From contig NC_068987.1 in the NCBI RefSeq assembly GCF_001194135.2, forward strand, positions 35,291,278 through 35,355,277: a stretch of 64,000 nucleotides of DNA, given 5' to 3'. Numbering within the stretch: the first letter of the stretch is position 1; every line of letters begins with the position of its first letter. The DNA is from Octopus bimaculoides (taxonomy: Eukaryota). The position numbers were made by a program, and so were the translations under genes. Below the pieces are notes generated by a model. The model did no database searches. It saw only the letters and a list, made by a program, of their open reading frames with translations, and was not told the origin of the DNA. Positions 1 to 13,080 of the stretch are shown one piece after another.

Positions 1-457
1 ATATAATTGTAAGTGAGAGAGTCGTCTTGTGAAAAATGATTATTACATAGTATTTTTTTCTTTAAGGAATTGAAAATTTGAGTTTATGATACGATGACTT
101 ATACAATATATATGATTTTTAATTCTTTTATCAATTATGGAGAACTTAAATTTGGAATCATTTGTGAAATATTGATTGTTCGTTTAAGACTATATCGTTT
201 ATTTTTAAATTTGTATGTACGGAGCTCTTCAGAATTACTTATACAATAGTAACGCGCTATGAAACCGGAGAGAGATATCAGGAAATATTTAAGCAAAGTA
301 TAAGCTACGGAAGACGTACGAAAATATTTCGTTATGGTGTTTCTCATATTCATTAGTTGTGTAGAGAAGAAACGAGATTAGTAGAAGTGGAATCACTTTG
401 AGTATAAATTAACGTTCAATCTAATACAGAAAATCGAAATTGTGTTTCTCCTTCCAG

Positions 458-680
458 TGAAAAGAATCCGTAGTAGCTCTAATCGATTATGGCTGCCCAT
501 TTTTCATAGGCCATGTTCCAGTTTCTTGGATTATAATGAGACAAGAATTATTCTAGAAAATTCTAATGATGCGTATTATAATAGTACTTATCTGAGCGGG
601 ATGAAAAATAGCGTACGCAAAGTGCAAGGTGAAAACAAACTCATTGATTTTCGGCCTCAGATTTTCCAAGAAGTCATTTC
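458..680 (+). CDS. Candidate internal coding exon of an unidentified gene
   Basis: Acceptor ttgtgtttctccttccAG ends at 457; donor tttc|GTAAGT at 681. The 223 bp between are stop-free in one frame (KRIRSSSNRLWLPIFHRP...DFRPQIFQEVIS) with two N-x-T sequons. No recognised homology. Confidence 0.35.
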
Positions 681-795
681 GTAAGTCGGTTCATTGCGAA
701 GAAGAGACTGACCTTAAATGACGTCAATATTTTATGTGTGTGTATATATGTGTGTGTGTGTTGGCGTGCCTGTTTGTGTGCGCGAGTATATATTT

Positions 796-1105
796 GAGGC
801 GGCGAGCTGACAGAATCGTAAAAAGAATCATATATTTATCAGGTCCGAATCGTTGATAACACAAATTATTGAGCAAAACTTAGAGTAAAAGTTAGATTTC
901 TCTTAATTCTAAGAAGAAATATTGATTCCAGTTGCCTAGCGGCATTTCGCCTACTTTTACGTTCTAAGTTCAAGTTCCGCTGAGATCGATTTTGCCTTAC
1001 ATCCGTCCATAAAGTAAGTAACAGCTGATCGCTGGAATCGATGTAATCGACTTATCCTCTTCTGAAAATTGCTTGCCTTGGGCCAAAATTTAAAATTGTT
1101 ATTAC
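796..1105 (+). mobile_element. SINE family B copy, interrupted by ~110 bp of unrelated AT-rich sequence
   Basis: Head gaggcggcgagctgacagaatcgt (796-819); body resumes ~931 gcctagcggcatttcg...gttctaagttcaagttcc...gatgtaatcgac...ccaaaattt and ends in a TAT tail. Matches many other copies in the window. Confidence 0.75.
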
Positions 1106-1650
1106 TATTATTGAGTAAAAGAGCAGTGCATGCCATCGAATTAACACTGGCGTAAAATATACGAAGCCTCTCATGATTACCCGTCTGATAAGGATACACC
1201 AGTCACATGCATCACGAGCACATATGCGCCACATGGTGATCGCATATCAAGAAAAATAGCGCATGACCTTGCAAGTGGGACCCAGTTAGAATTTTCGTCA
1301 GGTCGAGTAGCCCATCCCGCTCAAAATGTCCCTGAATAAGAGCTATTTAAGGATAATGAACAAAACAGCCGTGTTTCGAAAGTTGAATTATACACACCCA
1401 CAAATAATTCCTATCAACACATGGCTATGATGCACCCCCACTACTTCTGCTCGTGATCTGAGATGCACATATCGTCAGCCACTAAGGGACTGGTTAAGGT
1501 CAAGCAACTGATAAGCAAATATGTGGTATTTAGTAGAATATTTGCTGTAGACCATCTTTTATACCAAGATAAAATAATGTACATGATAACACTTCCAATC
1601 AGTTAAGATCAGAAACCATGAGAGTCACTGCCTGGTACTGCATCAGGGCA
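1096..1650 (-). mobile_element. Interspersed retroposon family A (~550 bp, (AAT)n tail), copy 1
   Basis: Colinear with 21255-21850 (shared blocks caacacat(g/a)gctatgatgc, cagccactaaggga, cagttaagat). Degenerate (AAT)n tail at 1096-1111. Confidence 0.8.
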
Positions 1651-1680
1651 TATTGTCTTCGATTTTGTTTAGTAAATAAT

Positions 1681-4600
1681 CATATTTTCTGAGCTTATCA
1701 AATACATTTGCCGAGATATCAAGGACACAGTGTATGCACGTGTCAATCAATAATCAGAATTTATTTCTTTTGTCTTTCACAACAATTATCTGGCTTATTT
1801 GCCTTGATGATCCGGTGTGTTAATACTGGGAATTCACAAGCAATAGTTACATTTTCTCCCTCAATTACAGCTTCAGAGTGGTGCTTTTCAGCAGTTTATT
1901 TTATAATGCCGACACATTATCCATTGTAGATATTAACAAACTCTGTCATGTCTTGATTTGAACTCTACAGGTACCAAAACCTTACATCCATTGTTTCTAA
2001 CCAATCGTTGCAATATCGGCACTTTGGGTTTACACCATTTTTGATCACTTTGTTTTGATAGTTCCGGGTCAGTAAGCTCTGATCTTGGACAGTCAAGATA
2101 AAGCCTCCGCACTCTTGCTTTAGCACTGAGCTCTGTAGTCGATGATGGGTGTGATTCTCGTCTTATTTGATAAGGGCAATATATTTGCGTGCAGTGGTTT
2201 TGTTTCTCTTATCAGCCAATTGTTCAAGCGCATTTTATTTTGCTATTGATTTCACTTTCTTTGCAACTACATTTGCTGCACTTCCCTCATGCTGTTCAAG
2301 CTGGGTATTACGCATCAACTCACTTCAAACTTTTTAGCCCTCCTTCACAGCAGAATGAAGCTTTTACAGTTTCCATGGTTTTCAGCGACCTTTAACATTC
2401 AGTCGTTAGATGTTTCAAGGTATTTTGCTAGTCCAATTGTTGTGGCTTTGTAGGAGATTTCAAATTCGATTAAGCCTCCACCTCCTTTAGCTCTGGGTAG
2501 GTCAAAACGATCTACGTCAGTCTTTAGGAGGTGCATCTTATTGCAATTCAGCAGCTTACGGATTTCCCTGTCAATCTTACTTATTTCGCTCATATTCCAG
2601 TTCAATACATTGAAACTGTAAATAACAACCGGAAATGCTAAGGAATTTATAATTAATTCCTGGTTACATGAATTTAACTGGGATTTTAGGACTGCTCGAA
2701 CTCTCCTTAACACCCCTTTGTGATCGTATCTTTCATACTTGCATGTTGAATGCCAGAGAACCTCATTTATTTCGAGGCATTTGTAAGTTTGTTCGTGATC
2801 GAATTCTTTTATGACTGCGTCAACATCCAGCAACACCGAATGTGAGGTGTTCAGTTTCCCTTTCTGTAAAGTAACCTTGACACATCTATCAAGACCAAAT
2901 CCCATTCCAGTGTCAACACTGAATGCTTTCACAGTACGTAGTATTTCTTGAAGCTCATTATCGACTTTGCCATAGATTTTCAAGTCATCCATATAAAATA
3001 GATGACTTACTTTCTTGTCGCCAATTTTATATCCATTCCCTGTTATGTTAAGTTTACTTGTAAAGTGTATTAGAGCTATGCGAAGTCACCTTGGAAAATG
3101 CCACAGTTGATATTAATATTTTTTGTGGTCAGCACTCCATAACAATGGTAGATTCGTATTCCACAAGGAGATGTGCTTCAGGAGACTTGAAATGACAGGA
3201 GAAATTTTTAGAGATATCGAATGATTTCATGATCCGTGAATGAGGTATGCTATCAAAGGGCTCTTTATAATCATTCTATGCAGAACTGAGAATTCTGCGT
3301 TTGTTATGACAGTTTTCAAGGATCATGCGATTGATTAAGAGTTGGTCCATATGAGCCGTGTCGGCACCCATAGTGCTCAGTGGGGAAAATGTCGCCCCGT
3401 TTCATAAATTTCTGTTTTCTCCGCGAGGATGATTGTTAACATTTTATACGTGGTAGATAGACATATTATAGACCGATAGTTTTAGGGAAATTTGGCTTCA
3501 TTATTCTTCGGGAGTAGGTAAGTAAAACCTCTTGCTAACCAATAGGGTGTTTTCGCAGGATCTCTCATAATTTCATTGATTAACTGGACTAACTTTTCGT
3601 GTGCGCATGGGAGCGAGGTGAGCCAGAAATTTGGCACCCTGTCATTAACAGGATATTTCCACTTATTAGCCTTCGTGAGTGTCATACTTAGAACTGCTAT
3701 TGTGGTGTCTTCCCATGTTTGTTTTGGTAAGTTTTGGTAGGATACTTGTTTGTGTCTAATCCAGTCTGCATTCTCATTGTAAGTTTTTTTCATTTCGCCA
3801 GCTATTTTTCCAGAAGTTTTCTACTTCCTCCATCGCAAGGAGGTCTTCAAAGGTTATTTCCTCGTTCCCTATTTCTCTATATAATATTTACGCATTGGGT
3901 GTCAACAGCTCATTGTGTTTGTAAAATTTGTTTCTCTTCTCAAATATGCGTATTCTTTGAGATTTTCCTTGGATTTTGCAGTGCTTCTTTTGCTGAAAGC
4001 AGTTTTCTTGATGAGAATATGTTTTCACTCCAACTTCTTTCCTTCTCTAGTTTTTACATTGTTTCTGCAGATTAATTAATTCAATATTGATATTTCACCT
4101 CTCATTATTTCAATATCTTTTTCAATTTTACTTTTCCAAGTTGGAATTCTCAGGTTCGTATTTCTTTGTTTTTCCAGAGGCATACAATTGGTTTCAATTG
4201 TCTAAGCAGCTGCGTAAATAACTTCATTTAATTCAGTGAGATCTGGTTTTAGAACTTATATAATTTCTTTTGTTACACAGTTTCAAATTTTAATTTGCTT
4301 CCTATTTTGTATTGTATTTGAGAGCTTATGAAATGTTTCCCAATCATGCATATTGGAGTGTCTTACAAATGCAAGCTCATTCAGAATGTTCTGCTTCAGT
4401 TCTGTCATAGACTCACTATGTTCTTCAGTAAATGTATAGTCTTCAAATATTGTTTCTTTACCACTTTCCTCGCTATCTTTATCAGGTCCCTTATAATTTA
4501 TTTTTCCAGACGTTTGCGTGTTCTGGTCAGATGGCAGTCTTTCAATTGAGACTCGTGGAGAGTTGCTCTCTTCGTCTGGTTCTTCATTTCCTTGTTGTCT

Positions 4601-5030
4601 TATATTTAGATCAGTTTCCGTTGCGTGCTTGATCGCAGTTATTTCACTATCTGTGAATCTTCTATTTCTCAGGATATCCCTCTTAACATTTGTTAACTTG
4701 TTTTCGTCCAAATATAGTCTGCTGTCTTGATTTCGTGTTCTCCATCGTCGATAAGAATATGTGCTGTGTTTCTCTTCCTATGGACTGCCTAATGCATAAT
4801 AATAGTCGTATATTACTTCTGTATATTCTTCTCGAGTCCATTTGATCCTCTTATACTTTTCTTTCTGTGGCGGGTGTGGTGGTGGACGTGGTGTGCTCAG
4901 CTTGCGGTATTTCCCGCTCAGGAGGCCATTCCGGTTCGTATTCAGAGAAACTTTTGTGCCAGTGGATGACATTTTGACACAAGGCTAGCTCTCTCCTGGA
5001 GGACGCGGTTCCAGATTAACCATAGGAAAA
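1681..5030 (-). mobile_element. Near full-length decayed R4/Dong-like non-LTR retrotransposon (RT, CCHC, restriction-like endonuclease)
   Basis: Domains in order on the minus strand: N-terminal KRIKWTREEYTEVIYDYYYALGSP (4778-4972), NDRVPNFWL...TYLLPK (3482-3793), RT YMDDLK and thumb RFDLPRAKGGGGL (2399-2992), ILTVQDQSLLTRNYQ, CRYC knuckle (2010-2021), RLE KANKPD (~1790). Many stops and frameshifts. Confidence 0.9.
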
Positions 5031-5829
5031 TTGCTTGGTGTACTGTTTTAGTTTTCCTATCTGTTTCGTTAGACATATTTGTGGTACGTTAACATTATTA
5101 GTATTGAGCCCTGTATTGTGGTAGAAGTAGAGACATTTCTTGTCTCTGCCACTATTGCCGACTCCGCAATTAATGCAGTTGCAATTACTTTAACCTAACT
5201 ATTACATCATTGCTCATCGTTAGTTACCAACAATAATACATTGACCTGTACAGTTGTGAGTAACCATTGTAGCCATGGTAACAGCATAACCGGTATTCAT
5301 TTAAATCTGCCACCTTTACAACCACTACTATGTGGAATTATTAAATGTTGCTAAATTTCAACTGCTGTCTTGTAAGATAATCATGAATATGTGAGGGTTG
5401 AAGAGAATAGTAAGAGGAAGAGAAGCAGCTTAGTGAAGAGACCAAATACCACAAGGTCTGTAAACAGGTTCAGTAGATGGTGATGAGATCACTAATGGGC
5501 CTTCTCATTCCTGTGCGTTAAGGAGACAAAAGAACCTTCGCACCCTTGGGGTAAGCAGAGATTGAATGTGCTTACTCTTACAAGCAATCAACGAAAGCAT
5601 TGACCTTGGCCTTGAAAACAACAAATTCACCGTCTTCTATTTTTAATTACTGATAGAAAAAATGATATAAATGTATGTATATATATATATATATATATAT
5701 NNNNNNNNNNAGCCAACAATTTGTTTCGATTTATATACATAATTGGATTTATAAACAATTCAATTCACATATATATGTCTTAGCAGAGCTATGTTTAAAA
5801 GATAGACGACATTCTGCATATTAGAAGAA

Positions 5830-7480
5830 ATATATGTTGTATTATAATATAGATAAATTATTGGATTGTCAACTGTATCTCCCTATATAAAATGTGTACC
5901 ATTGCATTAAATGGCAGGGAGTGCTATATCTTTTAACGAATGCCTTATGTTTGTCTGGGATCGCAGCTGCAATAAACATTTTTATGAAGTTAACGAAACT
6001 TAAAAGAGATTCTCTGAAGACTTCCTAGTTTTTCCAAAAAAATCTCTAACTAGCGACAAAATTTTGCTGGAGGCCATACAACGAGGATGTTAAATATTTT
6101 TCAACGTGAACGACGCAAGACATGTTGATGAGTATTTTTGCGCGCATCTTGACAAATTATTTTGGTTGGTGTGAAGTTGTACAGGATTTTATTTTGATTG
6201 GTCTACAGGATTTTAACTAGAACTGTGTGTAGATTCTACCGCGTCTGTTTGTTTGTAATCTTACATGTTTACATACTTTTCGAAAGGTAACATCTTGTAT
6301 ATTCAGAATGAATTTTTGCCTGAAGTTATTTTGTCCTTATGCAAATACATATTTTTACAGCGCCATATTCATATAACTGCTGTAAAACACTCCTCCGAAT
6401 CAGAATTTTATATAAATTTCTTTCGTTCATCCACGCATAGGTAATCTCAGATATTAAATTTTCATGCAATTTCATGTATGAGTGATATCGGCATCATTCA
6501 TACAAGGGGCTGCAATATAGAAATAACGCTGTATAAAACCTTCACAGGACTTAATATCTGCTGCAGATTTAATCGCAGTTTCCTGTGCCATTTCTTTCCT
6601 GTTACCATATTTCTTTCATATGTTGTAAATAATTTTTATACAGAAAGTGCTTGATCAAGATAAGTCTTCCTTTTCGCTTCACATTTTTCTCTGCACTATG
6701 CATTGCATTTAATATATAATTAAACTTGTGTTCTTTCTCTTCGAACCGATCCTAATGCTTACAACACCACAAACCGTGTGCTTCAAAGAGAGCAGTGAAT
6801 TTTGCTTCTCTGAGGCATCTTGAAATTTCTTCAATATTTTCCACAATATTTACACTCAATATAGCTGTATCTAATTTATCTGACACTTTAAGGCTTCTGC
6901 TTTCCGCCTTGCGTCACTTTAATTTCTTACATCTTGAAGATTCGATCGCTTAAATGTTAATGTTTTCACCACATGCAAGAAGATACTTTACTGAGCAACA
7001 AAAGTGAACCGACCAGCAACAGGTGATATAAAATGAATGAATGACACGAACAGACTTATACTCGGTGCAAAGTAATTATGTAACTAATTAAATGCCAGAA
7101 TTTACTACGTGTGAATTTAAATTCGTTTGAGCATGTTCCCTAAATCTAAAAATAGATCTGTGAATATGCAGTAAACATTCGTTAGAAAAGTGTATCAGCA
7201 ATGTCCATTGCTTTGAATTTTGTCAACACAATATTTAGACATAGCACCGAGAAATTATCAGCATCGTTTCTTTTCCTGACATTAAAGTTCAACAATCAGG
7301 AAAACGCTTATAATTTGAGTTATATTTGAGATCACAGAAAGTGAGTTATTTTTGAAATAGTAATTTTTTAAACTCCATTACGAGACATTCATGGGACATA
7401 GCACTTTATACAATATCCAGATGTATATTTAATGAAATAGTGCTGTCGCATTGGCTTTTATTTTACAACTGTAGCTTTAT
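5830..7480 (-). mobile_element. Highly decayed hAT-type DNA transposase remnant
   Basis: Minus-strand fragments resembling hAT (ZMYM1/Tip100-like) transposases, in order: CDST (~7440), LMSGKE (7267-7285), RRKAEALK..KLDTAIL (6858-6910), LKDIALPAI of the dimerisation region (5911-5937). No TIRs identified. Confidence 0.5.
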
Positions 7481-8056
7481 TGCAATTTCTGACCTAATGT
7501 AAGTTATTTCGTTCGAATAAAACGTCGTTGCAGTCCAAATTTATTGGCAAGAATTAAGGAACATACTATGAGGTGTAGGCTCAGAATCTTTTATATTCAT
7601 TAACTAGACAAAAGCAGTAACGCAGAATAATGGATATGATGAGAATTGATAAGTTATACATTATCTTAATCAGTCACAGTTATAGAGTTTTAAAAAGATT
7701 ACCCTTCCCACAAAATGTAGAAGTAATCACCTACAATTAACGTAAATGTATGTTGCATAAACGGATGTTAAGAGGTATTTTGCACCTGGGACACAAAATA
7801 CGAGCATTGCTCAGCACAGGAAGATGTAGTGAATAGGTAATAATGATTATGTGTCAGTATGGACAATGAATTAAAATGAAAAATAGTACTTCTGCGTGTA
7901 TGGACTCGCACACGTACAACCATAGTTACTTACACATCTTTACCTATCCAGCTGTCTCATGCTCTCCCCATCTCTCTCTCTAACTCGTTAAATAGCTAGA
8001 CACACATACAGCCCACACACACACACACATACACATATGTACGTATGTATGTATGT

Positions 8057-8101
<45 letters not shown>

Positions 8102-8120
8102 NNNNNNNNNNNNNNNNNNN

Positions 8121-8176
<56 letters not shown>

Positions 8177-9071
8177 CACATATATATATATATATATAAT
8201 GATAGAATTAAATTTCCTGTGAATCCCCACATCTACGTGTCAGTATTGGTGCATAATGATGCTTGCATCAGACCAGACCATTCAGACGTGAAATATTTTA
8301 ATTAATAACATTACTAAAGAACTGTCAGAAAAAGTAATCTATTGCCAAAACACTTCAAATTCGTAATATGCTTTGATTGTTGTTTGCCGTAGATGCTGTT
8401 GGCTGCAAATTCTGATTAACCTGTTGTTGTTGTTGTTGTTGTAACTGCTTTTCTTCTTTTTTGTTCCTTTGCTACTTCAAGTATATTTATTATGATTTTA
8501 CTTTTCTTTAAAAATTGAAAAAGAAAAATTATCCTATTTTTTTCATAATTTTCTACTTAAAATCCTCAAAATCTTGTATTTTCAATAAAGGAATTTTTGA
8601 AACGGTTTTTATTTTATTTTCGATTTAATTAAATCATTTGAAATTTCAATATGATTGAAGGATTTCATATGCTTTAATGTATTCTTTCTTATTTATAATA
8701 ACATTCAAAAATTATAAATAGAATGAATTAGGCATAATGTGGGTATCAAATAGAAATTAGCTGAGAATGAGGGGCGTACGTATGCTGATTAGAAAAAGGT
8801 TATGTGTGGAGACGGGGAAAGTGTATTGTGGGGGAAAAGACATATTGTGAGATGGAGGGGGCAGAGCATAGTAGATCTGAGAGTACGGAGAAGCAGAGGA
8901 ATATATTGCTGAGATAATTTTGGTGTATTGAAATCGGTAACAATTCAATTGACTCTTCCGAAAGTCAATATCCATTAGAAATCTTCTCATAATTTCTTTG
9001 CTATTTTCCATTCAAATTAAATTAATTTCTCATTCGGGAAAGCTGTCTGTGACGACGTGAAAGACGCTCTC

Positions 9072-9084
<13 letters not shown>

Positions 9085-9105
<21 letters not shown>

Positions 9106-9900
9106 ATGATGATACTGATGATGATGACGATGATGATGATGATGATGATGACGACGATGGTGGTGGCAGAGGTGGTGTTGCTGCTGCTGCTGCATTTGGC
9201 GGAAGCGGCGGAGGTAGTGCTCGTAGTGGTAATAATGATGATGATAGTGGCAACGATATGATTAGGACGATAGTGATGATGATCACGGCGACGACAATGA
9301 TGAACACGATGGCAAATACGACGACTTCATCAATGATAACGAAGAAGAAAACGACCGCGCCGAAAATGAGATTGATAAAAATAATAACAAGATTGTTGAT
9401 GATGATTATTTCATTTGCACTGAAAACGTGATACTTACGTCCATAATACGGTGAGAGCTACTACTGATTGAAACGGTAACAATGAGGAGGATGAGGTGGA
9501 AAAGGAAAAATAATGATATTGCTTGTCTTGCAGATCATAGCAAAAGACTGGGAAGAGAGTTATGATGACATTGAGGGCTATTCTGGAGATGATGTTGAAA
9601 TTATTGTTAATTAAAAAGTGGTGGTATCATTGGGAAATTAAAGAAAATATCGTTACTGATGGTCATGATGAGGATATTCAGGATGATGACGACAATGACG
9701 ATGATGCAGTTGATGACGAGGAAGTTGACCATGATGATGAACATGATCATGATCATGATCATGTTCATAATGATGACTATGATAACGATGATGAAGATGA
9801 CGACGATGAAAATGATGATGGTGATGATGATCGTTATGATGACGGAGAAAATATTGTCAGTGATGGAGATGAAGCTAATGGGGCTAATGATAATTAGTAT
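9085..9900. repeat. Compound trinucleotide low-complexity tract (GCT/GAT/GAC/GGT)
   Basis: (GCT)n then (GAT)n at 9075-9160, further GGT/GCT runs, and a second GAT-rich block at 9655-9900. Confidence 0.9.
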
Positions 9901-10660
9901 AATGAGTTTTCCATATTGTAAAAGTGTGTGATATAATTGTATTTGTTTAACATTTTACTGCTTCCAGCCTGGAGCCTTTAGTCATGTTTGAGCGTTGTCA
10001 CTTCCAAATTTCTGTATAACATATTGAATTCACAGCTAATTCCTTACTTGCTCTTATACTATCGATGTTTATTGTCGAACACCGACTGTAGTCGATATAA
10101 CAGACAATTGTCGACAAAATCTCTTTAACCGATGTAAACATCAGTTCAGAGGTTGACACGTGAAGAAATCCACATCCTCACCCTCAAATTTATACACACA
10201 TATATATGCATTATACCCACACACACACACACACCCAAAAACACGGACCCCCACACACATATACATGTCTACATATACACTTATATATATGTAAACGTAT
10301 ATCACACGCATACACACATACACACATGTGGCTACGTTTTTAATCTTTCTTACATATCGTTGCTATTATGTTAAACTGCCGTATGTCAAAATTTGGCGAA
10401 AATTTGGCGTTGTTTTCAACATTTAATTTTCCTTGCCATAGCCAGTTCTTTTTGTCAAACTATCGTATCTCCACCTGCTTCAGATGCCAAGATATGATAA
10501 TTGTTAATAAGTATAACAATGGTTTAGCATTTTTCAAAATTGTAGTAAGTCCCACATACGATAGTTTTACAGGAAAGTTTTTTACTACAAATATCATACA
10601 TGCATGGAGTTACGATTTAATACACCCAACAAAGTATTATTGTTAAGCACAAGAAACAAT

Positions 10661-10871
10661 ATTGTTTTCTACTCGAGCCACAAGGCCTGAAACTTTAGGG
10701 GAGGAGCCAGTCGATTAGATCGACCCCAGTATGAAACTGCTACTTAATTTATCGACGTCGAAAAGTTGAAAGCCAAAGTCGACTTCGGTGGCATTTAATC
10801 TCAGAACGTAAAGACAGACAAAATACCGCTAAGCATTTCGCCCGCTAACGTTTCTGCCGGCTCGACGCCTT
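10661..10871 (-). mobile_element. SINE family B, near full-length, with 12 bp target-site duplication
   Basis: Reverse complement of the family B body. The identical 12-mer acaagaaacaat flanks it at 10649-10660 and 10875-10886. Confidence 0.9.
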
Positions 10872-10889
10872 AGGACAAGAAACAATCTT

Positions 10890-11070
10890 AAGGCATCGAT
10901 ATTTAATCTGTCTTTATGTTCTGAGTTCAAATTCCACCGAGCTTGACTTTGCCTTTAGTGCTTTCCAGATCGTTAAATTAAGTACCTGTTGTGTACGAGG
11001 GTGGATCTAATCGACTGTCGCCTCTCCCAAAATTTCGCGTCCTGTGCCTAGAGTAGAAGCGAACATTATT
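10890..11070 (+). mobile_element. SINE family B, 5'-truncated
   Basis: gttctgagttcaaattccaccgagcttgactttgcc...gatctaatcgac...gtgcctagagtagaag then attatt tail. Confidence 0.85.
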
Positions 11071-11327
11071 GCGGCGATGTTGCAGGACACGTTGTTTGGA
11101 TATGATCACGATGCTCTTCTACAAACTGAAAACGTTAAGTTAACATGCATCTTTTATGATCTATAACTTTATATAGATGATAGGCAGGTATCCACTCGCA
11201 CAACCACAGATACAGACACATAAATCTACATATTAACAATAAGTATGTATATGTATGCGTGCGTGCGTTTGTGTATGGATGTGTGAGAGTGTATGCTTCT
11301 ATATATATATGTGTATGTGTGTGTGCG

Positions 11328-11365
<38 letters not shown>

Positions 11366-12789
11366 NNNNNNNNNNNNNNNNNNNNNNNNNNNNNNNNNNN
11401 NNNNNNNNNNNNNNNNNNNNNNNNNNNNNNNNNNNNNNNNNNNNNNNNNNNNNNNNNNNNNNNNNNNNNNNNNNNNNNNNNNNNNNNNNNNNNNNNNNNN
11501 NNNNNNNNNNNNNNNNNNNNNNNNNNNNNNNNNNNNNNNNNNNNNNNNNNNNNNNNNNNNNNNNNNNNNNNNNNNNNNNNNNNNNNNNNNNNNNNNNNNN
11601 NNNNNNNNNNNNNNNNNNNNNNNNNNNNNNNNNNNNNNNNNNNNNNNNNNNNNNTATATATATATATATATATTTGTATCTAAACCTCGAGATTACTCAT
11701 TTCCAGAGCAGGCAGTTATACAAAATTTCCCTTTTTATATGTATATTCGCTTCAAATATTTAAATTAAATTGAATACCATATCATATCTGAGGTTTATTC
11801 AAATTAAATGAATGATGATGATTATGGTGATGATCATGATGATTATGATGATCATAATAATGATAATGATGATCATCATCATCATCGTCATGATAATGGT
11901 GGTGGAAGTGGTTGTGATGATGATGGTAATGATGATATTTAAAAAAAAATAATAATCAATTGTATTCGCGAAATAAATTCTTCTAAAGATAGCCAGGGTG
12001 ATTACTTAGATATTCTGTGACACACAAAAGAGAAACACACACATGCTTGCAAAGAGAAACAGGGGGAGACAGCGACCGAGAGAAAATGAAAAAAAGAGCG
12101 AGAGAGTGGAAGAGGGTGAGAGAGAGTGAAAGGGGGTGAGAGAAAGAGAGTGAAAAAGAGGGCGAGAGATACACACACGCATATACCACACTTACACAGA
12201 TATGTACATAGTGATATGAAAGGCTTTTAATCAAACTGAAACATATCGATTTAGCCGTTGCAATTATCTGCCACTTGTATACAAAGTGAAAACATAAGAA
12301 TGTGATGGGGATTGCGTTACAACAGGTCAAATTTAAATGAGTATGTACGCTAAACTACCAAATGGAATTATATTGATTGCTAACCACAAAAGAAATGAGA
12401 GGAATAAACAAGGAATTTAATTCATATTTTCAGAGACTCATTCAAAAACAACAAAGGATATGGACAAAATCGATGTTCACCAAGGGAATTATATAAATCT
12501 TACGTTTTGTCTAAATATGCAGTTATTTATATTTAGATACATCGATATATATGTGTGGCCATTATACGTTCCGCTTTATATGTGCTCCACCATTCCAGTG
12601 GATTAGTGTAACTATTGTTTTTGCGTCTCAGTGCTGTTTGTTGATATTAATCTCTTTTAATTATATGCATACATATATACACACGCACAAATGCGCACAT
12701 ACACACGCATACACATACATATGCACAGACACACGCGCACACATATATGCCAGAGAACTTCCCAAATCAGTATGTATATGTATATATAA

Positions 12790-12843
<54 letters not shown>

Positions 12844-12904
12844 TGTGTGTGTATGTATTTGTATATACATGTATGTGTGCGTGTGTTTATGCGTGTGTTT
12901 TTTC

Positions 12905-13078
12905 TGTCTGTATGTCCCCACCAAGCGGTGTTGGTGTGATTACGTTCCTGTAATATACCGCTTCAGCAACAGAAGCATCTATTAGCAAAGTACTGCGATC
13001 GTTTTGTTTAACTAAGGTTTTCCAAGGTGGGCCACAGCATGACTGCGTCCTAATGACTGAATACAGTAAAAACTAAAG
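12905..13078 (+). mobile_element. SINE family C, 3' half
   Basis: Follows a (TG)-rich tract; gtgttggtgtgattacgttcctgtaa...cagcatgactgcgtcctaatgactgaa aligns with 60355-60570 and with the reverse of 59855-60050. Confidence 0.7.
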
Positions 13079-13080
13079 TA

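Noticed and set aside
135-353. 72 aa minus ORF with YFLISL and RYYCI resembling GPCR motifs
   Set aside because: Motif spacing is incompatible with TM2-TM3 and the rest is not hydrophobic.
9017-9931. ORFs with poly-A/D/S/M tracts
   Set aside because: Open in several frames on both strands because of trinucleotide repeats; no domain or splice support.
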